Translations under genes and position numbers: made by a program
Shown: positions 17,436 to 28,877 of the stretch, piece by piece
Numbering within the stretch: the first letter of the stretch is position 1
Layout of the letters: the number at the start of each line of letters is the position of its first letter
DNA from: an uncultured Bacteroidales bacterium
Lineage (GTDB): Bacteria; Bacteroidota; Bacteroidia; Bacteroidales; Muribaculaceae
Direction: 5' to 3'
Assembly (NCBI GenBank): GCA_902782545.1
Contig: CACZNP010000174.1
Span: 1-37,582, forward strand
DNA: 37,582 nucleotides
Notes under the pieces: generated by a model
The model's database searches: none
Told to the model about the DNA's origin: nothing
The model's input: the letters and a program-made list of their open reading frames with translations, nothing else

Positions 17436-18896
17436 TCAGATCAGGGCAAAGATGTTTTTCACGCTCTCGGAGATGGCGTCGAACTGTGCGTAAACCCCAC
17501 TGGCAACACCCAGCAAGATGATTCCGAACACGCTCACCGTGAGGCCGAGTTCCTCGGTCCAATGGCTGTCGATGTAAGGAATGGCGCAATCATCCTGGCG
17601 CAGGAACATGGCCTTGACCACCAACAGGTAGTAGTACAACGAGATGATGGTATTGACCAATGCAATCAGCACGAGCACATAAATCGCCACACTGCCTTGC
17701 TGGCAAGCACCCACAAAGATGAAGAACTTGCTGAAGAAACCGGCAAACGGCGGAATGCCACCCAACGAGAACATGGCCAGCATCATGGTGAACGCCAACC
17801 AAGGATTGGTGCGGAACAGGCCGTTGTAGTCGTCCATGCTCACCTTGCCCGTGGCACGCTCAATGACACCGATCACGCCAAAGGCGGCGAGATTGCTGAA
17901 GATGTAGACCAGAATGTAGTACATCATCGAAGCCATGCCGGTGGTGTTCACAGCGATGATGCCAAGCATGATGTAGCCAGCCTGCGAAATCGATGAGAAC
18001 GCCAGGAAACGCTTGAGATTGCGCTGACGCACGGCAAACAGGTTGCCCAGGGTGATGGTGAGCACGATGAGTGCATAGAGCATCCACTCCCACACATCGG
18101 CATAGGCCGAGCCAAACACCTGGACAAGTATCACCAGGAAGGAGAATGCGGCCGCACCCTTGCTGATGACCGACAGATAACTCGTCACTGCCGTGGGAGC
18201 ACCCTGATACACATCGGCCGTCCACAGATGGAACGGAACCAGCGACAACTTGAAGCCCACACCGGCAATGACAAATGCAACGGCGGCAATGAGCAACGCG
18301 CTCTTGTGGCCGATGATACTGGTGGCGATGTCGGTGAAGTAGAGCGAGCCGCTCATGCCATAGACAAACGAGATGCCCAGCATGAAAATGGCGCTTGAGA
18401 ACACCGCGGTGAAGATGTACTTGGCCGCGGCCTCGCGCGACTCGTAATACTTCTTCTCGAAGGCGGCCAATGCGGCAATGGGCAGCGAGGCCGTCTCCAG
18501 TCCGATGACGAACAACAGGAAGTGACGCGACGAAATCATCAGATACATGCCCAGCAACGTGAGCAACAACAACTCGAAGAACTCGCCGCGGCGCACTGCC
18601 ACATGATCGCTGTTGCTCCACTTGATGGACTGCAGCAGAACCAGCAGCACACCCAGATTGAGGATGTTCTTCATCACCCAAGTAGCCGGGTTGGCCTCAA
18701 ACATTCCGCCAAAGGCATGACCCATCTGACAGGGGACAAAACTGTATATCGTGAACAGGGCAAACAGGATGGTCGTGAACAAGGGCAACTTGTCCTGCGA
18801 GCGCTGCGGCATGAAAGTGTCGTAGATAAACACAAGCAAGAACACAAGCAAGAGGCCAAGTTCTTGCGGCATCAATAAAAATTGAGAATAATCCAT
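17436..18896 (-). CDS. nuoN: Complex I subunit N
   Basis: Antiporter-like membrane protein; GLE, EAAAKY, FKLSLVPFHLWTADVYQGAP, SISQAGY, GIPPFAGFFSKF. Confidence 0.95.
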   Translation of the reverse strand: MDYSQFLLMPQELGLLLVFLLVFIYDTFMPQRSQDKLPLFTTILFALFTIYSFVPCQMGHAFGGMFEANPATWVMKNILNLGVLLVLLQSIKWSNSDHVAVRRGEFFELLLLTLLGMYLMISSRHFLLFVIGLETASLPIAALAAFEKKYYESREAAAKYIFTAVFSSAIFMLGISFVYGMSGSLYFTDIATSIIGHKSALLIAAVAFVIAGVGFKLSLVPFHLWTADVYQGAPTAVTSYLSVISKGAAAFSFLVILVQVFGSAYADVWEWMLYALIVLTITLGNLFAVRQRNLKRFLAFSSISQAGYIMLGIIAVNTTGMASMMYYILVYIFSNLAAFGVIGVIERATGKVSMDDYNGLFRTNPWLAFTMMLAMFSLGGIPPFAGFFSKFFIFVGACQQGSVAIYVLVLIALVNTIISLYYYLLVVKAMFLRQDDCAIPYIDSHWTEELGLTVSVFGIILLGVASGVYAQFDAISESVKNIFALI

Positions 18897-18940
18897 AAGT
18901 CTGTATTATCAAGTTTTTTAAAGATTCAACACTTTCATTA

Positions 18941-20473
18941 TCACAAACCGGCCACCGGGAAGTAGTCCTTCAAGGCATTCACCACCGGCAGGAAACTGTC
19001 GCTGATGATATTCACAAAGAAGTTGGGGAAGCAACCGATAATGGCCACCGACACAATGAGTGTGGCGGTGGACAGGCGCTCCTCCCAGGAGGCATCGGTG
19101 AGTGTGCGGTGATGCTCGTCCTGCACCTCGCCAAAGAGCAACTTGGCCACCACGCGCAGGATATAGACCGCGGTGATGACAATGCTGCTGGCACCGATGA
19201 TGGTGAGCACGCGGCGGAACAAATCGGCATTCTCAAACGACCCGAAGAAGATGGTCATCTCGGCCGCAAAACCACTCAGGCCCGGCAAGCCCAGCGAGGC
19301 CAAGCCGGCGAGAACATATCCCACGCCCAGATAGGGCATGATGTGCATCATGCCACCCATGTCGCGGATGTCGCGCGTGTGGGTGCGACCATAAATCATA
19401 CCGATGAGCGCAAAGAACAAGGCTGTCATCAAGCCGTGCGACAACATCTGCAGCACCGCACCGGTCATCGCCGTGGTGTTGAACATGAGGATGGCAAACA
19501 GCACCATGCCGCAGTGGCTCACGCTGGAATAGGCGTTGATGTACTTGAGGTCGGTCTGCACACAGGCGCTGAAAGCACCGTACACAATGCTGATACCCGT
19601 GAGCGTGAGGAAAATCCATGCCAATTCGCTGGCGGCATAAGGCATCAGATAGATGGCAATGCGGAAACAGCCATAGCCTCCCAACTTCATCAGCACGCCG
19701 GCATGAAGCATCGACACCGCCGTGGGGGCCGAAGCATGACCGTCGGGCGACCATGTGTGGAACGGGAACATCGCACCCAGAACACCAAATCCCACAAACG
19801 TGAGTGGGAACAGGTACATTTGCCACTGATGCGGGATGGCATCGTTGTGGGCAATGTCGAGAATGTTCATCGTCAGGTTTCCGTCGGCGCTGCTGTGGAA
19901 GTAAATGCCAATCAGGCCCAGCATCAAGAATGCCGAGCCGCCCATGAGCATCAGTGTCAACTTCATGGCGCTGTAGTTCTTGTTGCCGCTGCCCCACACT
20001 CCAATAAGCAGATACATGGGGATAAGGGCCACCTCGTAGAACATGAACATCGTGAACAGGTCTATCGAGATGAAGAAACCAAACACACCTGTCGACAACA
20101 GGAAGAACCACAGGAAGAACTGCCGGGGCAGCGGATCCATCTTCCACGAAGCGAATACGCCCGCAAACACGATGAACGCCGACAGCAGGATCATTACCAC
20201 ACTCACTCCATCAACACCCAGTGCCAATTCGATGTTGAACGGTGCGTACCAGGTGACCTTGCTCTGCAAAATCATCTCGCTGGTGTCGCCGGCTCCACGT
20301 GCCTGCAAGAACAGGCACACCAGATACACGGCCAGGGCAACCAGTGCCACTGCACCGACAACGGCTACAGTCCTGATGGCGCGTATGCCACGGTTATTGC
20401 AAAACGCCAGCCCCAGCAACGTGAGCATGGGGATAATCACGAAATAAATCAAAGGATTACTGAAAATTTCCAT
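18941..20473 (-). CDS. nuoM: Complex I subunit M
   Basis: FYEVALIPMY, PFHTWSPDGHASAPT, LMKLGGYG, AYSSVSH, GLPGLSGFAAE. Confidence 0.95.
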   Translation of the reverse strand: MEIFSNPLIYFVIIPMLTLLGLAFCNNRGIRAIRTVAVVGAVALVALAVYLVCLFLQARGAGDTSEMILQSKVTWYAPFNIELALGVDGVSVVMILLSAFIVFAGVFASWKMDPLPRQFFLWFFLLSTGVFGFFISIDLFTMFMFYEVALIPMYLLIGVWGSGNKNYSAMKLTLMLMGGSAFLMLGLIGIYFHSSADGNLTMNILDIAHNDAIPHQWQMYLFPLTFVGFGVLGAMFPFHTWSPDGHASAPTAVSMLHAGVLMKLGGYGCFRIAIYLMPYAASELAWIFLTLTGISIVYGAFSACVQTDLKYINAYSSVSHCGMVLFAILMFNTTAMTGAVLQMLSHGLMTALFFALIGMIYGRTHTRDIRDMGGMMHIMPYLGVGYVLAGLASLGLPGLSGFAAEMTIFFGSFENADLFRRVLTIIGASSIVITAVYILRVVAKLLFGEVQDEHHRTLTDASWEERLSTATLIVSVAIIGCFPNFFVNIISDSFLPVVNALKDYFPVAGL

Positions 20474-20505
20474 CTTTTTATCGTCATTTTAAAGGACTGT
20501 CATTA

Positions 20506-22500
20506 TCAAATCAACACACACACCATCGTGACCGCTGCCAAGGCAAGGGCACCCACCAGGTAAATGTACACATAACTTTGCACACTGCCCGACTGCAACC
20601 GACGGATGGCAAACGAGGCCGAGCCGGTGGCATTGGCGAGCATATTGAAGAAACCATCGATGATGTGGCGGTCAAACCACGCAATGGGAACACAGATGCC
20701 CTGGAAAATCACCTTGTGGGTGATGAACTGGTAGAGTTCGTCCATATAGAAACGGTGATAGGCCGCTGTCCACAACCCGCTGGCAGCGTTCTTCATGCGC
20801 TCGGGCAAGTCGTTCTCTTTAAAATAGAGTTTGTAGGCCAGCAGAATGCCCACAAGGGCAATCGCCACACTCGACCCTGCCACTGTCCAGTCAAGTTGGG
20901 TGTGCAGGTGATGGCCGTTCCAAGTCACCAGGTCATGGGCCGGTACAAATCCTGCCACCACCGAGACGGCAGCCAGGATGATGAGCGGCAACGTCATGGT
21001 CCAGGGCTGGTCCTTGGGCGCATGATGCGTGTGCACTTCGTGTTTCTTCCAGAAGAAAATCAGGAAATAAATGCGGAACATGTAGAATGCCGTCATTCCG
21101 GCCACCATGCTCATCCACAGCCCCCAGAAGAAGCCTTTGTGATAGGCAGCCACCAGAATCTCATCCTTGCTCCAAAAGCCTGCAAACGGCGGGATGCCCG
21201 CAATGGCCAAACAGCCAATGAGGAATGCGATACTGGTAATGGGCATGAATTTGTGCAAGCCGTGCATCTTGTCGTTCTCGTTGCTGTGAACGGCGTGGAT
21301 AATGGCACCGGCACACAGGAAAAGCAACGCCTTGAACATGGCGTGCGTGAACAGGTGGAACATCGAGGCCATATAGCCCAATCCGGTGCCACCGTGTATC
21401 TCTATCAAGGCGCCATCGGCACTGCTCACCGCCAACGAGGTCATCATGAAAGCGATTTGAGAGATGGTGGAGAATGCCAGCGCACGCTTGATATCGCTCT
21501 GCACACAGGCGATGGCCGCGGCATAGAATGCTGTGAAAGCACCCACCACACAAATGATTTCCATAGCACCCTGCTCAATCACATAGAGCGGGAACAGACG
21601 TGCCACCAGGAACACACCGGCCACCACCATCGTGGCAGCATGGATCAAGGCCGACACAGGCGTGGGACCCTCCATGGCATCGGGCAGCCAAATGTGCAAC
21701 GGGTACATGGCACTCTTGCCGGCACCGCCAATGAAGATAAACGTCAGTGCCCAAGCCGTGACCGAGCAACCCAAGAAGGTGGCCCCTCCGGCGCTCGCAA
21801 TGGCGCTTTGGGCAACTGCCATGTCATTGGCACCATTGGAACCGAACACCAACTGATTAAAGTCGAATGTGCCTGTGTAGTAACTCAGTATCATGATACC
21901 CAGCAGGAAGAACAAGTCGGCCAAACGGGTAACAATAAATGCTTTTTTGGATGCATGATTGGCGGCAGGGCTGCTGTAATAGAACCCGATGAGCAAATAG
22001 GACGACACACCCACCATCTCAAAGAACACGAATATCTGGAACAAATTGGTGGCCACCACCAGTCCCAGCATCGAGAAGGTGAACAATGCCAAGAAGGCAT
22101 AGTAACGCTGGAAACCTTCTTCGGGGTTGCCGTCGTGATCGCTCATGTAGCCCAAACTGTAGAGATGCACCATGAACGAGACGGTGCACACCACAATCAG
22201 CATCATGGCGGCGATGGGGTCGAGCAAGATGCCCATGCGCACAACCAGCGTGTCGGTAAATGACAACCAATCGGGGTTGAACACCGTCACCGCTTGGCGC
22301 ACACCATCGGCAATCTGGCCCTGCCCTGTCCCAAAGAAATAAGTCAGCGCAACACCGTAGGCTATCACCGTTGTGACCGCCATGCCCAACACACCCAGCA
22401 CTCCTGTGAGTTTTCTACTCATTTTCACGCCTGCCAGTCCCAAGAACAGGAACATGAACAGCGGAATGGCTATAACTGCTATCGTATAACTTAATGGCAT
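20506..22500 (-). CDS. nuoL: Complex I subunit L
   Basis: EMVGVSSYLLIGF, KSAMYPLHIWLPDAMEGPTPVSALIHAATMV, FHLFTHAMFKALLF, GFWSKD; C-terminal lateral helix QSGSVQSY. Confidence 0.96.
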   Translation of the reverse strand: MPLSYTIAVIAIPLFMFLFLGLAGVKMSRKLTGVLGVLGMAVTTVIAYGVALTYFFGTGQGQIADGVRQAVTVFNPDWLSFTDTLVVRMGILLDPIAAMMLIVVCTVSFMVHLYSLGYMSDHDGNPEEGFQRYYAFLALFTFSMLGLVVATNLFQIFVFFEMVGVSSYLLIGFYYSSPAANHASKKAFIVTRLADLFFLLGIMILSYYTGTFDFNQLVFGSNGANDMAVAQSAIASAGGATFLGCSVTAWALTFIFIGGAGKSAMYPLHIWLPDAMEGPTPVSALIHAATMVVAGVFLVARLFPLYVIEQGAMEIICVVGAFTAFYAAAIACVQSDIKRALAFSTISQIAFMMTSLAVSSADGALIEIHGGTGLGYMASMFHLFTHAMFKALLFLCAGAIIHAVHSNENDKMHGLHKFMPITSIAFLIGCLAIAGIPPFAGFWSKDEILVAAYHKGFFWGLWMSMVAGMTAFYMFRIYFLIFFWKKHEVHTHHAPKDQPWTMTLPLIILAAVSVVAGFVPAHDLVTWNGHHLHTQLDWTVAGSSVAIALVGILLAYKLYFKENDLPERMKNAASGLWTAAYHRFYMDELYQFITHKVIFQGICVPIAWFDRHIIDGFFNMLANATGSASFAIRRLQSGSVQSYVYIYLVGALALAAVTMVCVLI

Positions 22501-22505
22501 AATCG

Positions 22506-22817
22506 TTAGAATTTCAGTTTGAGGATTTGCTGAATGTCCACATTCTTGGTGGCACGGAAGATGTTAATCACGATGGCCAGGGCCAGCGCTGTCTCAGCAG
22601 CCGCAATGGCTATGGCAAACAGGGTGAAGAACATGCCGTCCAACTGTCCGGGGAACAAATAGCGGTTAAAAACTACAAAGTTGATATCCACCGAGTTGAG
22701 CATCAACTCCAAGGAAATCATGATGGCAATCATGTTTTTGCGGGTGATGAACCCGTACACACCACAGCCAAACATGAAGAGGCTGGGAATGAGATACATC
22801 AATAACGTCAAGTTCAT
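22506..22817 (-). CDS. nuoK: Complex I subunit K
   Basis: ISLELMLNSV and AIAAAETALAL (both conserved Glu present). Confidence 0.95.
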   Translation of the reverse strand: MNLTLLMYLIPSLFMFGCGVYGFITRKNMIAIMISLELMLNSVDINFVVFNRYLFPGQLDGMFFTLFAIAIAAAETALALAIVINIFRATKNVDIQQILKLKF

Positions 22818-22829
22818 AATCCTTCCTCC

Positions 22830-23345
22830 TTATCTTTTACGGGCAATAACCACTCCACCTATGATACAAGCCAACAACAGAATGCTGACAGCCTCAAAGG
22901 GCAACAGATAGCCCCACTTGTCGGTGCTCAACAGAAAATGACCTATGGTGGCCATGTCCAAGTCGGCTACGGTGGCCAACTGACGTCCACAGAACGCCGC
23001 ATGACTGAACACCGCATAACCGCACACGGCAATGCCCAACACCGCTGCCGACAAACCCAGCCAGCGACGATGGGTCGAGAGGGGCTCAGCGTCGGCACCG
23101 GGCTTGTGGGTGAGCAGGATGGCAAACACAAACAGCACCACAATGCCGCCTGCATACACGGCTATCTGAACGGCTCCCAGGAACTGATAATCCATCTGGA
23201 AGTAGAGGATGGCCGTGGCAAAGAGCACAAAGAGCAGGTAGGTGGCCGAGCGCAGGATTTGCCGCGTGGTGACGGTCAGCACCGAAAACACGATGATTGC
23301 AATCGCTATAACGAAATACAAAATGATATTTCCTACTGATTCCAT
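22830..23345 (-). CDS. nuoJ: Complex I subunit J
   Basis: VQIAVYAGGIVVLFVF, LPFEAVSILLL. Confidence 0.95.
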   Translation of the reverse strand: MESVGNIILYFVIAIAIIVFSVLTVTTRQILRSATYLLFVLFATAILYFQMDYQFLGAVQIAVYAGGIVVLFVFAILLTHKPGADAEPLSTHRRWLGLSAAVLGIAVCGYAVFSHAAFCGRQLATVADLDMATIGHFLLSTDKWGYLLPFEAVSILLLACIIGGVVIARKR

Positions 23346-23347
23346 GT

Positions 23348-23887
23348 TTATTGTTTTTCTTGATTATCGGGGGTTTCTGCACTCGGAGCACCGCCGGGGG
23401 CTGCAGCCGCAGGCTGGGGAGCGGGAACCGGCTCATCTTTCTCGGGCAGGTAGTTAAGTTGCTTCACCAACGACTCGCGACGGAACACCGCCTGCTCAAA
23501 ATCGTTGCTGAACTCAATGGCGTGGAACGGGCACGAGGTGACACACAGGTCGCAGAATGTGCAACTGCCCAAGTCATAGATGTACTTGTCCAGTTTTTGC
23601 TTCTTCTTGCCATTGGGCATGTCTACCGTGCGCGTTGTGATGGTGATGGTGCCATTGGGACAATTGCGCTCACAGGTGCGGCATGCCGTGCACTTGTGAT
23701 TGCCGTCGGCGTCGTAGATAAACTGCAACGTGGCACGGAAACGGTCAGGAATGTGCAGGGTGTCGCGGTTCTCGGGATACTGCTCCGTGACCTTGGGTGT
23801 CACCAACTCCTTGCCGGTGACCGCCATTCCTTTCAACAGGCTGACAAAGCCGCTGAAAAGTGAGGCGAAATACTCCTTAATGCTCAT
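23348..23887 (-). CDS. nuoI: Complex I subunit I (2x[4Fe-4S])
   Basis: VTEQYPE; CTACRTCERNCP and CTFCDLCVTSCP; Pro/Ala-rich tail. Confidence 0.93.
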   Translation of the reverse strand: MSIKEYFASLFSGFVSLLKGMAVTGKELVTPKVTEQYPENRDTLHIPDRFRATLQFIYDADGNHKCTACRTCERNCPNGTITITTRTVDMPNGKKKQKLDKYIYDLGSCTFCDLCVTSCPFHAIEFSNDFEQAVFRRESLVKQLNYLPEKDEPVPAPQPAAAAPGGAPSAETPDNQEKQ

Positions 23888-23938
23888 ATCTAAGTTTTAA
23901 GTGTTATTTTTTAGTGTCAATAACCGTTATTTCAACTT

Positions 23939-24826
23939 TCATCGTTCTACCTGTCCGCCCAAGATGTCGAGCAACTCGGTGGTAATGCTCTGCTGGCGCA
24001 ACTTGTTGTACTCCAAATTGAGCGAGTCGAGCAGTTCCTTGGCGTTGTCGCTGGCCGTCTGCATGGCCATCACTCGGGCGGCCTGCTCGCTGGCAGCACT
24101 CTGCGTGAACACATCCTGCATCATGGCACGGATGTGCAAGGGCAGCACGCTGTCAAAGATTGTGGCGGCATCGGGCTCAAACAGGCAAGGAGAATTGGCC
24201 GCACGGGCATCCACGCTCTCGGCCAACGCCTGATAACTGACTGGCAGTAACTGGTCCCTGCTGAACACCTGTCGACTGGGAGACTTAAAACGCACGTACA
24301 ACACCTCCACACGGTCAAATTCACCCTCCAGAAAACGAGTCTTCAGGTCGTCGGTGAAATCATGCAACTCCTCATGGGTGCTGCGTGTGTTCAAGTGCTC
24401 GTTTTTGAGCATCCGCAAATCGTCACCGGCAATTTTCGACACCGCCTTGGTGAGTTTGCGGCCCACAGGAACAACCGTGACTTGAACATGGTCGCCGTAC
24501 TGCTTTCGCACGCTATCGATGGTGGCGAGCAACTGCTTGAAGATGTTGATGTTGAAAGCACCGCACAAGCCATCGTCACTACCAAACACCACCAAGGCCA
24601 CACGCTGCACTTCGCGCTCGGCAATCAATGCCGACTCAAAATGCTCATCGGTGACCAGCAGGTGACTGATGACACTCTGCACCATCGTGCGGTAGGGCGA
24701 CAATCGCTGAAGTTGCTGCGTGGCCTTACGCATCTTGGCCGACGAAATCATCTTCATGGCGCTTGTCGTCTTCTGTGTCGAGGCGACCGAACCAATGCGG
24801 GTTTTTAATTCTCGTAGTGTTGACAT
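23939..24826 (-). CDS. atpG: F1 ATP synthase gamma subunit
   Basis: TQKTTSAMKMISSAK, SDDGLCGAFN, SEQAARVMAMQTASDNA, YNKLRQQSITTEL. Confidence 0.96.
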   Translation of the reverse strand: MSTLRELKTRIGSVASTQKTTSAMKMISSAKMRKATQQLQRLSPYRTMVQSVISHLLVTDEHFESALIAEREVQRVALVVFGSDDGLCGAFNINIFKQLLATIDSVRKQYGDHVQVTVVPVGRKLTKAVSKIAGDDLRMLKNEHLNTRSTHEELHDFTDDLKTRFLEGEFDRVEVLYVRFKSPSRQVFSRDQLLPVSYQALAESVDARAANSPCLFEPDAATIFDSVLPLHIRAMMQDVFTQSAASEQAARVMAMQTASDNAKELLDSLNLEYNKLRQQSITTELLDILGGQVER

Positions 24827-24844
24827 AGGTCAAGTTTCTTCAGT

Positions 24845-26422
24845 TCATTGGGCATACTTGGCGATAATCTCCTGGGCAGCGGCTTTGAGTTTTTCGGTCA
24901 CATCGTCATCGATCTTGCCTTGACGCAACACGTCGAGCACATCGGCCTGATGCTTGCCTCGCAAGTAATGGATGAACAATTTCTCAAACTCGCCCACCTG
25001 CTCCACGGGCACCTTTTGGAGCAAGCCGTTCACACCGCAGTAGATGACTGCCACCTGTTCCTCGACGGCCATGGGCTCGTACTGGGGTTGCACCAGCAGC
25101 CGCTCGTTCTTGCGACCGGTGTCGATGGTGCGGGCGGTCACCGGGTCGATGTCGCCACCAAACTTGGTGAACGCCTCGAGTTCACGGTATTGTGCCTGGG
25201 CAATCTTGAGGGTACCGGCCACACGCTTCATGCACTTGATTTGCGCGTTGCCACCCACACGGCTCACCGAGATACCCACATTCACTGCCGGACGGATACC
25301 TGCATTGAAAAGGGCTGTCTCCAGATAAATCTGGCCGTCGGTGATGGAAATCACGTTGGTGGGAATATAGGCACTCACATCGCCAGCCTGCGTCTCGATA
25401 ATGGGAAGTGCCGTGAGCGACCCACCACCCTTGACAATGGGCTTGAGGGCCTCGGGCAGGTCATTCATCACACTGGCCACATCCTGGTTCTCGTTGATTT
25501 TCGCGGCGCGTTCCAGCAAGCGGCTGTGCAAGTAGAAAATATCGCCAGGATAAGCCTCGCGGCCCGACGGACGCTTAAGGATCAGCGAAATCTCACGATA
25601 GGCCACAGCATGCTTCGACAGGTCATCGTAAATGACCAGCGCATCGCGACCGGTGTCACGGAAATACTCGCCGATGGCTGCTCCCGCAAAGGGCGCATAG
25701 TAACGCATCGAGGCCGAGTCGGCTGCTGTGGCAGCCACTATGATGGTGTAGGGCAAAGCCCCTTGCTCTTCGAGTTTGTTGACCAGTGCCGCAACCGTCG
25801 AAGCCTTTTGACCGATGGCCACATAGATGCAGTACACGGGCTTGCCGGCCTCGTAGCCACCTTTCTGATTGATGATGGTGTCGAGTGCGATGGCAGTCTT
25901 GCCAATCTGTCGGTCACCAATGATAAGTTCTCGCTGGCCACGGCCAATGGGAATCATCGAGTCGATGGCCTTGAGACCCGTTTGCAACGGCTGGTTCACC
26001 GGCTGGCGGAAAATCACGCCAGGGGCTTTACGCTCCAGCGGCAGACGCAGGCGGTCGCCGTCGATGGGTCCCTTGCCGTCGATGGGCTCGGCCAGCACGT
26101 TGATTACGCGTCCCAGCAGCCCCTCGCCCACTTGGATGGAGGCGATTTCACCGGTGCGGCGCACCTTCATGTTCTCGGAAACCGAGTCCACCTCGTTGAG
26201 CAAAATCACACCCACATCACTTTCCTCAAGGTTCATGGCCACGCCGGTGACGCCATTCTCGAACTCCACGAGTTCGTTGGCCTCAACATTGTTCAAGCCA
26301 TAGACGTGCGCCACGCCGTCGCCCACCTCGAGCACGGTACCGACCTCCTCAAAGGTGACACTCCGTTGCAGGTCACTGAGTTGCTGTTTTAGTATGTCGG
26401 ATATTTCGCTTGGGTTAATCAT
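24845..26422 (-). CDS. atpA: F1 ATP synthase alpha subunit
   Basis: [57 protein letters not shown]. Confidence 0.98.
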   Translation of the reverse strand: MINPSEISDILKQQLSDLQRSVTFEEVGTVLEVGDGVAHVYGLNNVEANELVEFENGVTGVAMNLEESDVGVILLNEVDSVSENMKVRRTGEIASIQVGEGLLGRVINVLAEPIDGKGPIDGDRLRLPLERKAPGVIFRQPVNQPLQTGLKAIDSMIPIGRGQRELIIGDRQIGKTAIALDTIINQKGGYEAGKPVYCIYVAIGQKASTVAALVNKLEEQGALPYTIIVAATAADSASMRYYAPFAGAAIGEYFRDTGRDALVIYDDLSKHAVAYREISLILKRPSGREAYPGDIFYLHSRLLERAAKINENQDVASVMNDLPEALKPIVKGGGSLTALPIIETQAGDVSAYIPTNVISITDGQIYLETALFNAGIRPAVNVGISVSRVGGNAQIKCMKRVAGTLKIAQAQYRELEAFTKFGGDIDPVTARTIDTGRKNERLLVQPQYEPMAVEEQVAVIYCGVNGLLQKVPVEQVGEFEKLFIHYLRGKHQADVLDVLRQGKIDDDVTEKLKAAAQEIIAKYAQ

Positions 26423-26438
26423 CTGTAAGAAATGTTTT

Positions 26439-26978
26439 TTACTTTTGGAGTTTTAAACGCAATGTCTTCAATTCATTCTTGATCGATGCGTCGAGCAGGA
26501 TGTCGTCAATCTTGACGGTAAACCCGCCAATCAAGTCGGGTTTGACGGTTTGTTCCACTTCGAGCGTCATGTCGCCCAGCCGTTGCTTGACAACATCCAC
26601 TATGGCATCGACCTCTTTGGTCGGCAATTCGCTGGCAGTGGCAATCTCCACCTTGGCGATGTTGTGCTCGGCACGATAGAGGTTCACATAAGAGAGGGCT
26701 ATCTTCCGCAAGAAACCGGCACGGTTGTTGCGGATGACCAGCAAGATGAATTTGTCGAGCGAACTTCCGGGCTTGGCACCAGCGGCTTCGAGCATGACGC
26801 GTCCCTTCTCCTCATCGGGGATATAGGGATTGAGCACCACGCGCTTCAGTTCGTCGATGGCCGTGTAGCGGAAGTTGAGCCGCTTGAGTTGGGCGTAGAT
26901 TTGGTCGGCATCGCCATTTTCTACGGCCAGTTTGTAAAGCGCTTTGGCATAACGCCGCGGAATCAGTCCGTCACTCAT
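26439..26978 (-). CDS. atpH: F1 ATP synthase delta subunit
   Basis: [16 protein letters not shown]...LDASI. Confidence 0.93.
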   Translation of the reverse strand: MSDGLIPRRYAKALYKLAVENGDADQIYAQLKRLNFRYTAIDELKRVVLNPYIPDEEKGRVMLEAAGAKPGSSLDKFILLVIRNNRAGFLRKIALSYVNLYRAEHNIAKVEIATASELPTKEVDAIVDVVKQRLGDMTLEVEQTVKPDLIGGFTVKIDDILLDASIKNELKTLRLKLQK

Positions 26979-26984
26979 AGTTCA

Positions 26985-27482
26985 TCAGTTTTTGGTCTCT
27001 ACCTCACTCAGATACTGTTCAACCAGTTCCTGCTGCGCCTTGTCGGTGGCAACCTCGCGTCGAATCACTTTCTCGGCGATTTGCAGTGCGATTTCACCTA
27101 TTTCCTGGCGCAGTTGCTTCTCAGTCTCCTTGCGAGCCTGCTCGATGGATACCTGAGCCGCTTGCGAAACTTTCTTGGCTTCGATGGCGGCCTCGCCACG
27201 CGCATCCTCGATGATTTGGTTGCGCATCTTGGCCGCATCGCGCAAGATGTCGGCCTGTTGCAGTCGTGCATCGGCCAGCACCTTGTCGGCCTCGGCCTTG
27301 GCGTTGTCCAGTTTTGACTTGGCCTCTTGTGCATAGGCCACACCCTTGTCAATCAAGTTGGCACGATCCTCCATACTCTTGATGATGAAGGGCCATGCAT
27401 ACTTGGCAAGGATGAAGTACAGGCACAGGAATGCCACAAACATCCAGAACACCAGGCCAAATTCAGGCGTGAAAAGTTCCAT
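26985..27482 (-). CDS. atpF: Fo ATP synthase b subunit
   Basis: PEFGLVFW, single TM, KYAWP, coiled coil, IAEKVI. Confidence 0.93.
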   Translation of the reverse strand: MELFTPEFGLVFWMFVAFLCLYFILAKYAWPFIIKSMEDRANLIDKGVAYAQEAKSKLDNAKAEADKVLADARLQQADILRDAAKMRNQIIEDARGEAAIEAKKVSQAAQVSIEQARKETEKQLRQEIGEIALQIAEKVIRREVATDKAQQELVEQYLSEVETKN

Positions 27483-27497
27483 GAGAAACCGAAAGAA

Positions 27498-27749
<252 letters not shown>

Positions 27750-27781
27750 TTAATTGTTAATATTTTGTTTTTAATGTTTTC

Positions 27782-28861
27782 TCAATGTGTCGACTCGGCG
27801 TGGTGGGGTTCCACCAGCGCCATGGATATGAAGATGGTGCTCAAGATGGTGAACACATAAGCCTGAATGAAACTCACCAGCGTGTCGAGCAACAGCATGA
27901 ACAAGGTGAATGCCACCGAGAACAATGCCGTGCCACCACCAACGACCACACCAAACAGATTGGTGAAGATGAAAATGAGCAACACCAGCACCAGCACCAC
28001 CATGTGGCCGCTCATCATGTTGGCAAACAGACGAATCATCAATGCCAACGGCTTGGTGAAGATACCCAGCACTTCGATGATTTGCATCATGGGAACAGGG
28101 CACTTGAGCGCCATGGGCACCTCGGGCCAGAAGATTTCCTTCCAGTACTCCCGCGTGCCGCTGAATGTGGTGATCAAGAACGTGAGCAAAGCCAGCACCA
28201 AGGTCACGGCAATGTTACCCGTCAGGTTGGCACCTCCGGGGAAAATCACAATCAGCCCAAGCAGGTTCATCGTCAGAATGAAGAAAAACGCTGTGAGCAG
28301 ATAGGGGGCATACTTGGCGGCGTGCTTGCCCAGAATGGGGCGGATTGTGTCGCTGTACACAAAATCCACCACAAGTTCCAGGAACCCCGTGGCGCGACGT
28401 GGCGCTTTCATGCCGTTGCGGGCATACCACCGCCGCAATCCCATCACCATGATAACCACGACGATGGCCGCAATGATGATTCCCGCCACATTCTTCGTGA
28501 TGGAGAAATCCCAGGGGCGCACCTCACTGCCATCGGGCAGCACTTGAACCAATTTGCCGTGATGTTCCTCGCTGGTGGAGATTTTGAATCCCTCGAAGGT
28601 CTCTCCGCCCGTGATGCGATTGCTCATAAAGCAGTGCAGGCCATCCTGGCCCCATGCGATGATGGGAAGGGGGATGCGACTGCTGTGGTTGAAGGGCACC
28701 TCCCAGCCGTAGGCATCGCCCAAGTGCTCAAAAATGGTCTCCTTGGGGTTCAACTCGCTGTTGCCGCTGTGCGCCCGGTGCTGGACCGAACTGTAATAGC
28801 CCAGTCCCATTAGCACCACTACCGCTAATCCGACAACATACGCTATGATTTTACCTTTCAT
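27782..28861 (-). CDS. atpB: Fo ATP synthase a subunit with the long Bacteroidetes N-terminal extension
   Basis: IFEHLGD, DFSITKNV, GGANLTGNI, essential Arg in IRLFANMMSGH, IQAYVFTIL. Confidence 0.95.
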   Translation of the reverse strand: MKGKIIAYVVGLAVVVLMGLGYYSSVQHRAHSGNSELNPKETIFEHLGDAYGWEVPFNHSSRIPLPIIAWGQDGLHCFMSNRITGGETFEGFKISTSEEHHGKLVQVLPDGSEVRPWDFSITKNVAGIIIAAIVVVIMVMGLRRWYARNGMKAPRRATGFLELVVDFVYSDTIRPILGKHAAKYAPYLLTAFFFILTMNLLGLIVIFPGGANLTGNIAVTLVLALLTFLITTFSGTREYWKEIFWPEVPMALKCPVPMMQIIEVLGIFTKPLALMIRLFANMMSGHMVVLVLVLLIFIFTNLFGVVVGGGTALFSVAFTLFMLLLDTLVSFIQAYVFTILSTIFISMALVEPHHAESTH

Positions 28862-28877
28862 AATCTTGTGTATATTC

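Noticed and set aside
23348-23440. Pro/Ala-rich NuoI tail as a fused functional domain
   Set aside because: It is a ~30 aa low-complexity stretch with no motif and is most likely a disordered extension.
25895-25920. AtpA P-loop GDRQIGKT instead of GDRQTGKT
   Set aside because: This position varies in other functional alpha subunits and the site is non-catalytic, so it is not evidence of inactivation.
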